DNA of 63,377 bases, the filler included, from Octopus bimaculoides (lineage: Eukaryota), in NCBI RefSeq assembly GCF_001194135.2. It is 7 parts of 7 records of this genome, joined end to end, with 100 filler letters (N's around TTAATTAATTAA, not from the genome) between each part and the next. Parts side by side here need not be neighbours in the genome. Positions count along the whole stretch, not along the records: positions 28,285 to 40,153 come from NC_068997.1; positions 40,254 to 52,072 come from NC_068984.1; positions 52,173 to 56,149 come from NC_068986.1; 4 more parts are not named here. One strand, 5' to 3'. Position 1 is the first letter of the stretch. Every line of letters begins with the position of its first letter. The notes beneath the pieces were generated by a model. The model saw only the letters and a program-made list of their open reading frames with translations, was not told where the DNA came from and made no database searches. Below, piece after piece: positions 39,960-53,369 of this stretch. The translations under genes were made by a program, and so were the position numbers.

Positions 39960-40130
39960 TCCTTAGATCTTCTACGTTCTTGACCTTTCTCAAAGGTCGA
40001 TGAGATTCATTCGACTGACGTTCGGTTTAAACAACTGTGAGTCGGCGACTGCATGGAAGAAAACTGGGCGCGAACGGAATTCCAATGAGTTGACGTTATG
40101 GAGAAGAAGGAGCGAATAATATACAAAATT
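39960..40130 (-). mobile_element. CR1-group LINE extreme 3' fragment
   Basis: RSFFSITSTHWNSV remnant, resembling the SFF..T..LWNSLP motif. Confidence 0.45.
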
Positions 40131-40681
40131 TATATATATATATATATATATATNNNNNNNNNNNNNNNNNNNNNNNNNNNNNNNNNNNNNNNNNNNNTTA
40201 ATTAATTAANNNNNNNNNNNNNNNNNNNNNNNNNNNNNNNNNNNNNNNNNNNNCTCCACGTATCTTAAGATGCTAACCGTTAAAACCTTGGCCTAGCTAA
40301 CAGCAATTATGTAAATTACATGTATTGATTTCTTTATATCGATTGATTAAATCGATCTCTTATAATGATTTCTTATATTATTGATCTCTCATCTATCGAC
40401 ACATTGTAAGATAGAGATCGAATTTAACTAGTGTGAGTGTAGGCGGTGACATCAAAACCAGTAGAGAGATGGTACTTTTTATCGACCCAACGAGATCTGC
40501 ATGTAAAATCGAAACCTTCGATCTTTGAATTCGGGGAGGAATTAAAGCAGAGTTTCTCAATGCGTTTTGCCTCACACCCTACTTCGATTTTTTTAAAACA
40601 AAATACAGCGCGGCACTAGAAAAAAGACGTGCAACCCACCATGAACGAACAAAAAATGTACTTATGTTTGTGTTCAACTGT

Positions 40682-41031
40682 GGAGGCGTAATGGCCCAGT
40701 GGTTAGGGCAGCGGACTCGCGGTTTCGATTCCCATTCCGGGCGTTGTGAGTGTTTGTTGAGCGAAAACACCTAAGGCTCCACGAGGCTCCGGCAGGGGGT
40801 GGTGGCGAGCCCTGCTGTATTCTTTCACCACAACTTTCTCTCACTCTTTCTTCCTGTTTCTGCTGTACCCGTATTTCAAAGGGCCAGCCTTGTCACACTC
40901 TGTGTCACGCTGAACCTCCCCCGAGAACTACGTTAAGGGTACACGTGTCTGTGGAGTGCTCAGCCACTTGCAAGTTAATTTCCGTTGATTAGATCAACTG
41001 GAACCCTCGTCGTCGTAACCGACGGAGTGCC
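40682..41031 (+). mobile_element. tRNA-derived SINE family A, head type 1
   Basis: A box TGGCCCAGTGG, B box GTTTCGATTCC; near-identical 3' module in 46802-47150 and 48833-49154. Confidence 0.85.
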
Positions 41032-41410
41032 AACACATATGTTCAATTATAATCCTTTCTGCTTTAGGCAAAAGGCCTGAAATTTGGAGGGAGGGAGAAA
41101 GTCGTTCTCACTGACCCCAGAATTTGACTGTACTTAAGTTATCGACCCCGGAGGAATTTGAACTCAGAACGTAAAAACTGACGAAATACCGCTAAGTATT
41201 TCGGTTGACGTGATAACGGTTCTGCCAACACGCTGTCTTAATCGTCAATTATAATAAAAACAATTTTACATTCAACTGATCGGTTACTCTATACGCTTGT
41301 AGAGTACACATTTATTATTCTTAAACAAGTTTCAGCCAATTATGCCATTGTCCAATGACGTCAATAGTAGTTACAGTCAATATCTTTCTTTAAGAATAAT
41401 GTTTGTGTAT

Positions 41411-41450
<40 letters not shown>

Positions 41451-41681
41451 CTATCTATCTAGCTAGCTAGCTACGGATAAACCTAATCTGTTTTTCTTTT
41501 TTGTAACATTTACAATATTTTCTGATACACGATCCCTTTCCATCGGCGCTTTTTTTTTTTTTTTTGCACGATCACTTTTGATCAAAATTTTATTTTTCTC
41601 CTTTTTCTTTCTTCAAAAGAAAAGCTCTATATTGTATTTTGTCTCCTCTGTGTTCGGCCCTGTGTGGCTAATACAGAAACA

Positions 41682-41734
<53 letters not shown>

Positions 41735-42184
41735 GTCGGTCTGTCTGTCTGTACATTCATGTATGCGTATGTATGTATGTATATATCAATGGAAATAGGG
41801 ATTCCGAGAGTCAAATACTACTGATAGTAAACACCCCACAGAGGGAGCTGGCTATCAAGAACATCGTAGTAAAGATTGGTATGTCATTTACGTCACTGTG
41901 CCACCGAAAAACCACTAATCACAATGGAGAATGTGTAACAATCAAATTGAGAGGTAAAAAAAAAAAAAACAGCCATAGATAATGTTATTTTATTCTTTTA
42001 CTTGTTTCAGTCATTTGGCTGCGGCCATGCTGGAGCACCGCCTTTAGTCGAACAAATCGACCCCAGGACTTATTCTTTGTAAGCCTAGTACTTATTCTAT
42101 CGGTCTCTTTCGCCGAACTGCTAAATTACGGGGACGTGAACACGCCAACATCGGTTGTCAAGAGATGGTGGGAGGACAAACACA

Positions 42185-42220
<36 letters not shown>

Positions 42221-42362
42221 ATGGGTTTTTTTCAGTTTGTCTGCCTGCTCGCCTAACCAGCGGGAGTGCCATCATTCGAAAGCTAAAACGATGCAAAGCG
42301 TATTGTGACCAGCGATGTATACTAACATCCAATAGTATGGTTGATCACTTTCTGTGTGTGTG

Positions 42363-42417
<55 letters not shown>

Positions 42418-44269
42418 GTATGTATATATATTCTTTTGTTCTTTTATTCTTTTATTTGTTTCAGTGATTTGACTGCGGCCATGCTGAAACACCGCCTTTA
42501 GTGGAACAAATCGACGCCAGGACTTATTTTTTGTAGGGTAGAAGTTAACTATGAAAAAGTATTCTTTCATTCAACTATTCCAGACTCGCAAATGCCTTTC
42601 GAAATTACATTTATTACAATATATTTAGAATAGTAAACCTCAAAAAAGCGTAAATTTTACACGATTCATAATTTTCGATAGATGTTTCAATGGAATAAAA
42701 GCATCATCATTTTTATAATTACGTAATTAACATACACAATTAATTAGTTTAGATGTGATGGGTAATTTATCGCGCCAGGAGAGAAAGATGAAAAATATTC
42801 AAACGTTACAATATATTTGAGTTTATTATATGGAAATCTTAAATGAAAATCCTTGTTCAGCGAAGAAATACTTCGGGCAACCGAAATTTTTCGGATTCGA
42901 ATCTAATTGCTTCCATTATCTATTTCCGTGCAACCCAAGATGTTTCCGGTTCGCAAATTTTGAACGATCACTATGTAAATTTCTTCAACAAATAAATCAT
43001 ATGTAGGTATAAGTTTAGTTAACTATATAATACTTAAATCAAGATCAACCTGATGATATACCTGGGGCTCTCATCAATTACTTCCATTTACCTTCGTTTT
43101 TCTCCTTAATTTTCTTCTGCTGCACTTATTTCTATTTTCTCTCTCTCTTTCTCTTTTTCTTTCGCAACGTCTTCCTTTTTCTTTATGAGTACATAAACAA
43201 GACATCTCCGGAAGACGATAGGAAATTTTATGTATAAATAAAAGCAATTTGAACAACACACAAGAAGATGTTTGTAGACAAAATTACTTATCTTGTTTCA
43301 TAATTTCTTATCTCTGGAAATTACTGAAACGTCGTTTCACATTGCTCCCGGCATTCCTTGTCATCAACTCTATCTCAGCTCTGTTTTATACATATACGCG
43401 CGCATACCCGCATCTGTATGTGTGACCGTTTGTATGGCTATGTGTATGATGTAAACCCGTTTTGGTCAATTTCCCGAACAATTGTATTATTCAATTTTCA
43501 GTGTTATTATCTGTTTCGTAACGTTATAAGAATTTCTGTGTCTTATGTGTTTATTTAATTATCATTATCATCGCCACTAACATACGATATGAAATTGTAT
43601 GGGTTACATCATTCAATATACAATAGATATAATCTAAGTAAACTACGTAAAAATATATTAATATAAAAAATGAAATAACACCATTTAATTAAATCAACGG
43701 AAAAGTAATATGGAAACTTTGCAACCATGAATATGTAAAAGGTTGATAGATGCAATAGAGACATTAGTCTCTCTCTATCACCTTTCAACATAATTATATA
43801 TGAAGGAACAGTAGAAAATTAATAACATAATAAAAATAAGTTTTATTTTTTGATGATGCTTGGTTTTATAAATCCTGTGTCACTCAGCTTAGCAGCCGCT
43901 GATTAATTTGTAATCGGTATTGGAAGATTAAGAGCTTCCTTGATGCATGCCAGAGGAGCAAATAGCTATCATATCGATAGCATCGTGGTGAAGAGTGCTT
44001 CGTTAAGGAGCGAGGTGTTGTCACGCCGAAGGTCTCTCGCTCAACTGAGCTTACAAAGTGAAACAAACTCTTTAAGTACTAGTTTTACTACGCATACGCA
44101 CTCAAGGGGCTTCCGGAAAGGCAAGTCCCTTGCGCATGTGCAGATAGTATTTCCTCAATGGCGGCTATAATTTCGCGCCACTACAAATATAATGTCACTT
44201 TTGCCTGTCTCCTGTCCGAGAAACACAGCATCCTTATCTAGCTTTTTGGATGTTCACGATGTGAAAGTG

Positions 44270-44920
44270 CATGCTCCAGTGGCACCTGTTAAAAGTATGA
44301 GGGACTTTATCACTTCTTGGTGCCTTCCAGTTGGTTATTTGCTGTAACGTCTGGAATAGTTTTTCAGATGAATGGTTTCTCACGCTGCTGCATTCGTGGT
44401 CCTGAACACTTTTTTCCGTAGCAATCTCTTTTGCTGTCCTTTCTTCCTAACAAAATTCCTCGACTTCTTTTGCTGTTGCCATTACATTGATTTCTGCTTT
44501 ATTATATTTTTTTTTACCTAAGTCTTCATAAAATCATTTCAGATTGAAGTCGAACTGTTTGTTTTCTGCATAGAATCGTTGTCGTCTTCCATAACGACGG
44601 ATTCTTTGCGATTTATCGAGCATATCTCGTTGCAGACATTCTTTTATTTCGAATATTTCTTTTTCCCGTTATGTTATAATCCTGCGATATTTCGCCGTAC
44701 AATTTTCTCCATTTATATCTTTTCTTCATCGATTTCATAAAGGATTGTGCTAGTTTTTCTTTCTTTCTTTCTTTCTCATTTTCCTTGCGTTTGTTTTCTA
44801 CGTTGTTTGTATAAGTTTTAATATTCGTATATGAATAGATCTGAAGGAATATCCACGTCCCTTTGTAATTACTGCAGTGACTGCATACATTATTCGGTGA
44901 TATTGATGTTCGCATCTGTT
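44270..44920 (-). mobile_element. Decayed R4/Dong-like non-LTR retrotransposon fragment, upstream of the RT domain
   Basis: KSQRIRRYGRRQRFYAENKQF..N.K.FYEDLGK ... EVEEF ... NWKAPRSDKVP. Confidence 0.6.
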
Positions 44921-45559
44921 TTTACTAAATCTACGATGGCTAGGCTCTCATTTTAGTTTTCACCATTGTTGTTGCTATTTCGTCGCTGTTTTATCCATGG
45001 GATGGTCTTTTATTGCAGCCATAGAAACATCTATCCAACTTAATTCTGTAACTATTTCTACCTTTACATGTTTCCCTCATTTACAATTTCCATCTTTAAA
45101 GTTGTATATTCTTCAATCTTTCACTGTTCCTATGATTCAACTTCAGAATTTATGGGTCCCTATTTTGTTGAGGTGCTAGCGTTGGATTTTATTGTTTTTT
45201 ACATTGTTATTTATGATTTTATTGTTATTATTTTAGTTTTGAGTATTAAGTGGAACTTCGTGGTTTAGGTCAACGATGTTTAAGATTTTTATTCTCTTTG
45301 TTTGCTGTTAGATTTTGTTTGTTTTCTCTGTTCCCATCATGCATTTCGGGTGCTTGCGCGACTTCGTGGTTAAAAGGTCTGCATCTCAAAATTATGGTTC
45401 CGTGTTCGATTCCACTTTACAAATCCTAAAACTTCTGGCTGACCAATACGTCATGAGTGGAGTTTATTAGACAAAAACTGTACTAAAGCCCGTTGTATAC
45501 ATACATACATACATACATACGTAATGTGTGTGTGTATGTGTATATATATATATACATAT

Positions 45560-45722
45560 AGGCGCAGGGGTGGGTGTGTGGTAAGTAGCTTGCTTACCAA
45601 CCACATGGTTCTGGGCTCCGTCCCACTGTGTGGCACCTTGGGCAACTGTCTTCTACTATAGCCACGGACCGACCAAAGCCTTTTAAGTGTATTTGGTAGA
45701 CAGAAACGGAAAGAAGCCCGTC

Positions 45723-45763
<41 letters not shown>

Positions 45764-45980
45764 TGTGTGTGTGTTTGTCCCCCCCACCACCACTATCGCT
45801 TGACAACCGATGTTGGTGTGTTTACGTCCCCGTAACTTAGTGGTTCGGCTAAGAGACCGACAGAATAAGCACTAAGAGACTGATAGAATAAGTACTAGTC
45901 CTGGGTCGATTGGTTCGACTAAAGGCGGTGCTCCAGCATGGCCGCAGTCAAGATGACTGAAACAAATAAATGAATAAATA
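45560..45980 (+). mobile_element. SINE family C, near full length, with internal (TA)n(TG)n tract
   Basis: tRNA-like head, GGCACCTTGGGCAA core, ...GCGGTGCTCCAGCATGGCCGCAGTC tail; other copies at about 24180-24845(+), 35724-35886(-), 41995-42240(-), 54826-55060(-), 60015-60355(+). Confidence 0.8.
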
Positions 45981-46747
45981 TACGACGGACTGCCAGATTC
46001 ACCCCGAGTCATAGGTTGACCAGGGGATATAGTAGAAAACACATTCCGATGCGGCTGCGCAGTGGGACTGAACCAAAGACCATGTGGTTAATAAGCAAGC
46101 CTCGTATCCACTTAGCCAGCCTGAATAATATACTCAAGACACAGTATAAAAGTCTGCGATATTTAAAATTTTTAATGCCTATCATATCCTTAGTATTTTC
46201 CCCATTTACCAATATTTAAGATATCATTTTATATAATTAAAACTAAAAACACCCGTGAATGTACATATTTCAATTAATTACATTACAGAACGGACTTTGG
46301 ACTTTCCATAATAAATTTAATTCTTGATGTATTTAATTCTAAATTGATAGCTTTAAACCATTCCACTCTGGATCCTAAATTTCAATATAATACATTATTA
46401 TAACATGGAGCACATCTGTATTAATTCAATGTGGCATTTTCGAATCTGGATATTTCATAAATGTATTAAACGAATCAAATCCACATTTGTCAGGCAACTA
46501 CGCATAATGTTTTAATCTAATTTCAAATTTTGAAACGGAAGGCCAAACCACCCCCTTCTTAACACAATATAGACCCGGTCCTTAACGTAATATAATATAT
46601 ACTAAAGATATCCTTAATCTTAAGTTGATATTTTTTAAATGTATTTTATATTCTTTAAGCGTTCAGCATTTAATTTTGTTATAGTGTTATATCTCTCCCT
46701 ATCTCCCTCACCCTGTCTCTCTCTCTATCTCTGCCTCTCTGTATACA

Positions 46748-46780
<33 letters not shown>

Positions 46781-46801
46781 GTGCGCGCGCGTGTGTGTGT
46801 G

Positions 46802-47150
46802 TGGAGGCGCAATGGCCTAGTGGTTAGGGCAGCGGACTCGCGGTTTCGATTCCCAGACCGGTCGTTGTGAGTGTTTATTGAGCGAAAACACCTAAAGCTC
46901 CACGAGGCCCCGGCGGACCCTGCTGTACTCCTTCACCTGCTGTACTCCTTTCTCTCACTCTTTCTGTTGTACTTGTATTTCAAAGGACCAGCCTTGTCAC
47001 ACGCTGTGTGACGCTAAATCTCCTCGAAAGCTACGTTAAGAGTACACGTGTCTGTGGAGTGCTCAGCCACTTGCACGTTAATTTCACGAGCCGGTTGTTC
47101 TGTTGATCGGATCAACTGGGACCCTCGTCGTCGTAACCGACGTAGTGCCA
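46802..47150 (+). mobile_element. SINE family A, head type 1
   Basis: Collinear with 40682-41031. Confidence 0.85.
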
Positions 47151-48832
47151 CGATATATATATATATATATATATATAAACACACACATACACATATACAC
47201 ACACATATAGGGGTGGCTGCATGATAAGATGTTTGCTTCCCGTTCACATCGTTCCGGGTTCAGTCCGACTGCGTGGAACCTTAAGCAAGTGTCTTCCACT
47301 ATAGCCTCGGGCCGACCAAAGCCTTGTAAATGGATATGATATTTCTCGAAATTTATCTGTTCCTTGGCGGTGCTGAGTACATATTTTCTACTCGCATTCA
47401 CGAAAGTTTACACTTATGACAATTTCCGTATATTTCTCTTCCAAGAGCTGGACGTAGTTTGTAAGCTTTGTTATAACGCGACTCACGAAAGCTATTTACA
47501 TTGAGTTGCTACTTTATGTATGAAAAGCTCAGGATTTAAATAGAGTAATTCCTCTGAGATTTTTTGGAGCGACCATCCTTTAAACGAATTATCAAAATTA
47601 TTTTATGGTAAATCATAAATAAGTTTTTTTTAATCATAAATAAGTTCTTTAATAGTAATTTAAATAAGGTCAGCTAGTGATGTAAAAATTTTGCAAGTTC
47701 CATCTAACAACTGTAATCTTTTCGTTTCATATTATTCCATCCCAAGTAATTATCCTCTTAACGTTAATCGTCTATCGAAAGCTTTAAACTATATAAATCT
47801 AGTCCAAGAACAATAGTTCTCTCAGATCTTATACGGGATTCACCGAAAATTGTTTTGAAATTGGATATTTTCAACACCTCTGCACATTCAGAAAACACGA
47901 AGGGAAATATTACACAATTTTTTTTTCAAACACACCCGGTTCTTTAAAGAAACAGGATCTGTTGTATTTCAAATCTAATTGTCGAATCTCAGTCACGCTA
48001 TTTCTTATGTACATAGTAATTCCTTTCCGAATCTCTACTGCAAGCATTGAATGAGAAATGTTATAATTATAGTGGATTAAATTAGCAATTAGAGATGCCT
48101 ACTTATTGAAGGCATTGTTCGAAATTTCTACTTTGTAATTATATATCTCCAAATGGTTAAATTGAAACAACAGAAAGCATAGCAATTGGATTAACACTTT
48201 AACATTTTTATCTCCATTTTCTATTTATGCTTTTAAAGTTCTTTAAAGATTAGCTTAACCATTAATAACTGTTTCCCTTCTACTGCCTTTATTGTTTCTC
48301 CCTCACACATGCATATTTCATCACTTGTACTCACACACAGACACATATAAATCACCAGCGATGTACTTACTTCACAAAGTACACTATAATTAGTCTTAGC
48401 GAAGTATTTTTCGCTAATATTGTCTAACAAATATTTATACAAAGAACGAATTATTTGGAACTGTTACATAAGTCTATTAAATGAAAGCAAGTTTTTCACT
48501 ACAGAATGTTCTGCTACGAGAACTCTCTTTTCAGGCCGAGTAAAAGAACAAACAAAACAGAAACAAACGAACCCAGAATCTCACGTGTCAGCAGCCACGT
48601 GGGGCTGACTATAACATTTCCTGAAAAGCACAAAAATTCCCCTCCAAGCAAATATATAATATGTATATTTATGTTTTCCCTTGAAGATTACTTAAATGTT
48701 TTTTTGGACAAAATTTAAGCTGGTCACTAACAAAGTGACGGCTTTTTTGCTTAAATAAAGGCAGCTCTTGAGGTGTAAATGTAGGTATGCGTTCAGATTA
48801 GTCCTCGTGTATATCACTTTATCACACTATGC

Positions 48833-49154
48833 GAAGGCGCGTGGTTTAGTGGTTAGGGGCATTCGGCTCGCCATTGTAAGGTCGTGAGTTCAATTCCCGG
48901 TGACGCGTTGTGTCTTTGAGCAAGACACTTTATTTCACGTTGCTCCAGTCCACTCAGCTGGCAAAAATGAGTTGTACCTGTAATTACAAAGGGCCAGCCT
49001 TGTCACACTCTGTGTCACGCTGAATCTCCATGAGAACTACGTTAGGGGTACACGTGTCTGTGGAGTGCTCAGCCACTTGCACGTTAATTTCACGAGCAGG
49101 CTGTTCCGTTGATTGGATCAACTGGGACCCTCGTCATCGTAACCGACGGAGTGC
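48833..49154 (+). mobile_element. SINE family A, head type 2
   Basis: TGGTTTAGTGG and GAGTTCAATTCC boxes, TTGAGCAAGACACTT core, shared 3' module. Confidence 0.85.
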
Positions 49155-49196
49155 TCCTATTATTACACTGTCATGACTATTTTGTTAATGTCTATG

Positions 49197-49413
49197 TGTT
49201 AGCATTCAGATTATCCTGTCAAATATAATCCTTATTAGCTCGCATTGTTTCCAATTAATAATACATTATCTTGTAACGCTGAGATTTCGATGATGCATTT
49301 GTTTGCTTTCAGAATGACATTGTAGGGTATGTATGAGATACTCGATCTGGTGAGTTTGAACCAAAACAGTGAGATTCTTCGGGCCTGATATGATCGAATT
49401 GAATGCTAAAGGG
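49197..49413. mobile_element. Third copy of the piggyBac-like MITE
   Basis: TTAGCATTCAGATTA ... GAATGCTAAAGGG; internal similarity to 13905-14123. Confidence 0.55.
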
Positions 49414-49571
49414 CGTATCTGTGTGTGTAGACTAGTTCTTCTGTCTAGGCAAATGCATCAGTCGTTTAGAATGTCAGGTTGGTCCTGTTGCAAGGCCTTT
49501 CCTCACATAAAAAGGAAAAGAAAAAGAAAAAGTGTTTCAAGCAGAGGCTTTGATTGATTTTTAACACCTCT

Positions 49572-50112
49572 GTTAACATATCGAAACTTGATTCGTTCTT
49601 TGCCATAGCTCCATATTGCTTATGTGTTCGGGCCATCTAGTTTTAAGTATTCTACGCAAGCATCAGTTGATGAATGATTGTATTTGCTTATTTGACTTAA
49701 CTGTTGTTCGCCATGTCTCAGCCCCATACAATAACACCGCTTTTACGTTAGTGTTAAAAATTCTTATTTTGTTCTTTATTGAAATTACACTTGCGCTCCA
49801 TTCGATTAGGGACCAAATATTTAAGAGAAAGTGAAAGTGGATTGGTAGCACAATTAGAAAAGACACACCAAATGTAGCGAAAAGTGCTTTACAGTGGAAT
49901 CCGGTTGGATATAGAAAGAAAGGTAGGCCTAAGAACGCGTGGCGTAGATCAACACAAAAGGAACTAGAGAAAGGGGGACATTCATGGCAGAGTATAAGTA
50001 CAGAAGCGAGAAATTATACGACATGGAATTCAATTATAAGTGGCCTATACTCCGCGTTGGAGGGTTAAAGGCAAGAGAGAGAGAGAGAGACTCAGAGAGA
50101 AGTTAACATATC
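49572..50112 (+). mobile_element. 5'-inverted RTE-clade LINE insertion with 11-bp TSD and (GA)n tail
   Basis: GTTAACATATC at 49572-49582 and 50102-50112; minus KIRIFNTNVKAVLLYGAETW (49583-49806); plus KWIG...QWNP.G.RKKGRPKNAWRR (49811-50068). Confidence 0.9.
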
Positions 50113-50685
50113 TGTTATGTGTTGCGTACTATAGCTGACTGTAAAAAGGCAAAAAGAAAGAAAAAAAGAAGCACTGAATGAAAAAATTCCATGATGGAAT
50201 GAGGGTATGTGTCAGCGTGGGTGGTAAGGTCTCTGAATATCTGCTGCAAGGGGCTACCACCTCAGCTACGTCTGTGCAAATGAGGGTAGGTCCCTAGCAT
50301 GAGTAAAAAGCTACATCCGTAGTTTTCATGTTTCAGAGAAAAATCAAGCGATGGCCATGCTGTGTGTGTCTGTCTTTCTGCATATGAATACATATATGTA
50401 TATGTATTATTGTATATAATAATGGGAATACTTTCTATTATAGGCGCATGACCTGAAATTTTTAGGGAGGCGGGGGAATACGATCACATTGATCTCCAAG
50501 TATCAGTGTCCCGAAGTATCCCAAATTAAGTATCAGTGCTTGACTGATACTTAATTTATCGATCCCGAAAGGATGAAAGGCAAAGTCGACATGGGCGGAA
50601 TTTGAACTCAGAACGTAAAGACGGACGAAATACCGCTAAGTATTTCGCCCGGCGTCGTGCTAACGTTTCTGCCAGCTCACCGCCT

Positions 50686-50755
<70 letters not shown>

Positions 50756-50777
50756 GATAATAATAATCCTTTCTATT

Positions 50778-51283
50778 ATAACCGTTAATCAGTTAATTCT
50801 TTAAAAGTGTAACGGAGTCAACAACTATTGAAAAGGTCGCAAGACGCAACGAAAATTCTAGGAAAATAAATAAGTAAATGAGTGGAAATTTTACCGGTGA
50901 GTGTGTTAAATTATAAGGCACTAAAAGAGAATGACTCTCCCCAGACACAACGGAATATGCTTCAACACACGAACTCAGGTAAAGAATCTTGCAAACCAAA
51001 TCCAAAAACGAAATGTAACGGAAGTTATCGATAAACCGTTAACGTTAACTTTTATTTGGGAAAAAAAATCAGCTTTTGCTCTAAAACCACCTAAAAACAC
51101 CTTTAAAAAGTTCCAAAACTATAAAATCCGTTAACTTCAATTCGATTGAAGTTAACGGAAGTTATGTGTAACGGAAGTTAATTAGTCCGATAATGATTTT
51201 CAAAGTTAACTTAAAAGTTAAATCGTTAATGAAAATGTAAACTTCGTTAATTATGGATTAACGGATTAACGGTTTGGTGCCCA
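50778..51283. mobile_element. hAT-like MITE with clustered subterminal TAACGG/CCGTTA motifs
   Basis: Left CCGTTAATCAGTTAA and right TTAACGGATTAACGG..GGTGCCCAG inverted ends; internal 15-bp hairpin at 51127-51159. Confidence 0.5.
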
Positions 51284-52041
51284 GGTTTACATTCCACTCG
51301 TATCAAGCAAGTGTATACCTACTCTTTCCCACCCCAGTATGTAAATGTGAGTGTCTTTGTACGTGTATATATTCTAGTATTTGTGTATTAATACACACAC
51401 ACGCATAAGAAAAGTCGATATTGTTTTGCATTGCCGTTCGTTTTTTAATCTCTCGAATCGAAACGAATTCTATCTAAATACGGTTATTTCCTTTCTGTTT
51501 CTTTCTTTTTTTTTTATTTATAGACGGAAAGTGAAGTTTTAGAACCCAGTCTAGCAGAGAAGTGAATCAAAGACAGTCTAAAATACTGTAATTAACGCTG
51601 TCTAATTACTGTTTATATGCGGCATATCATTTAATTGTTGCCAACAACGTCAATATAGAATCACATCCGACATGACAAAATAAATGAACAAATAAATAAA
51701 CAAATATACAAAGAAATAGATAGAAATGTATATATATATATGTGCGTGTGTATATAAATATTTGTATATATGTACATATATATATGTGTATATATATGTA
51801 TATATGCATATGTATATATATACACCTATATACATGCTAATAAAATATATGATATATATGTATGTATATGTGTATATATATAATATATATATATATGTAT
51901 GTATATGTATGCAGAAATATATCGTTTAAAATGAGATTATATATGCATACATATAAATCTACATATATATGCATATATGTTATTATATATCACATATATT
52001 ATATATATACACGCATATACATACATATCAGGTATATTATT

Positions 52042-52072
<31 letters not shown>

Positions 52073-52672
52073 NNNNNNNNNNNNNNNNNNNNNNNNNNNN
52101 NNNNNNNNNNNNNNNNTTAATTAATTAANNNNNNNNNNNNNNNNNNNNNNNNNNNNNNNNNNNNNNNNNNNNATATATATGCACATATATATGCATACAT
52201 ACAAGCATACATACATGCATACATACGTAAATACATACATACATGTATACACACATATGAAATCGTACATACCTAAATAACTGGGAAGCAAAAACGAAAG
52301 GAAAATACAAAGAAAAAACAATATTTACTAAAGTATGTATGATTCTAAAATGCAGAGAGATCGAGAGAAAGAGAAACCAAAAGAGAGAGAGAGAAAGAGG
52401 GGAGCTGGCTGTCTGGTGACAGTTGAGTTGACTAATGGTTAATGAGTTGAATGAAATAGAAGATAGCATGATTATGGGTGTAGATGTTGGCTAAATTGGG
52501 CGAAACTAATGTCAGAGGTGAAGGAAATTTGGGACGAAAACATATCATTTTGAGCAAGTTTTATATTCAATGAAACAGAACAGGCTTCGCTCTGTTTCAT
52601 GGCTGCTGATGTGAATTTACGGCCGATTATCAGGACAGCCGGTGATGGGATGAAGGACAGAGAGAGAGCGAG

Positions 52673-52708
<36 letters not shown>

Positions 52709-52718
52709 NNNNNNNNNN

Positions 52719-52764
<46 letters not shown>

Positions 52765-53333
52765 AGGGGGGAAGACAGTGGGTGGGGAAAAAGAATGCAT
52801 GAGTCAGTCTGTATTTATGTGTTTATACATGTGCATATACTCACATATACAGAAATATATGTATATAGATATATAAATATATACATGTGTTTAAATCTAT
52901 AAATGTATATATTTGTTTAGATGTATGAATGTATGTGTATATATATATATATATATACACACGTATATATATGTGTGTACTTATATATATCCCACATAAA
53001 TACATACACACACACACATATGTATGTACATATATATCGATGTGTAAGTTTGCGTAGGGTGACGTGTGTGTAAATGTATGCGAGGGACGTGGATGTTGGG
53101 AAGCGTGTGTATAGGAGAGAGAAATGAGAAGAGAGATAGCTTAGTTAAGGGGAAAGGAGAAATAGTGAGGTATTACAAATGATATCGACAGAGAGGAACA
53201 GCGTAAGTATACTTGTAATATAAGTTGGTGTGCGTAAGAGTGTTTATATATGTGGCAGGAAGCTGTCTACAAGTATGGTTTAGATAGAGCAAGAGAAAAG
53301 TGAGAGAGATGAGTGAGATTTACGTGTGTATGT

Positions 53334-53369
<36 letters not shown>

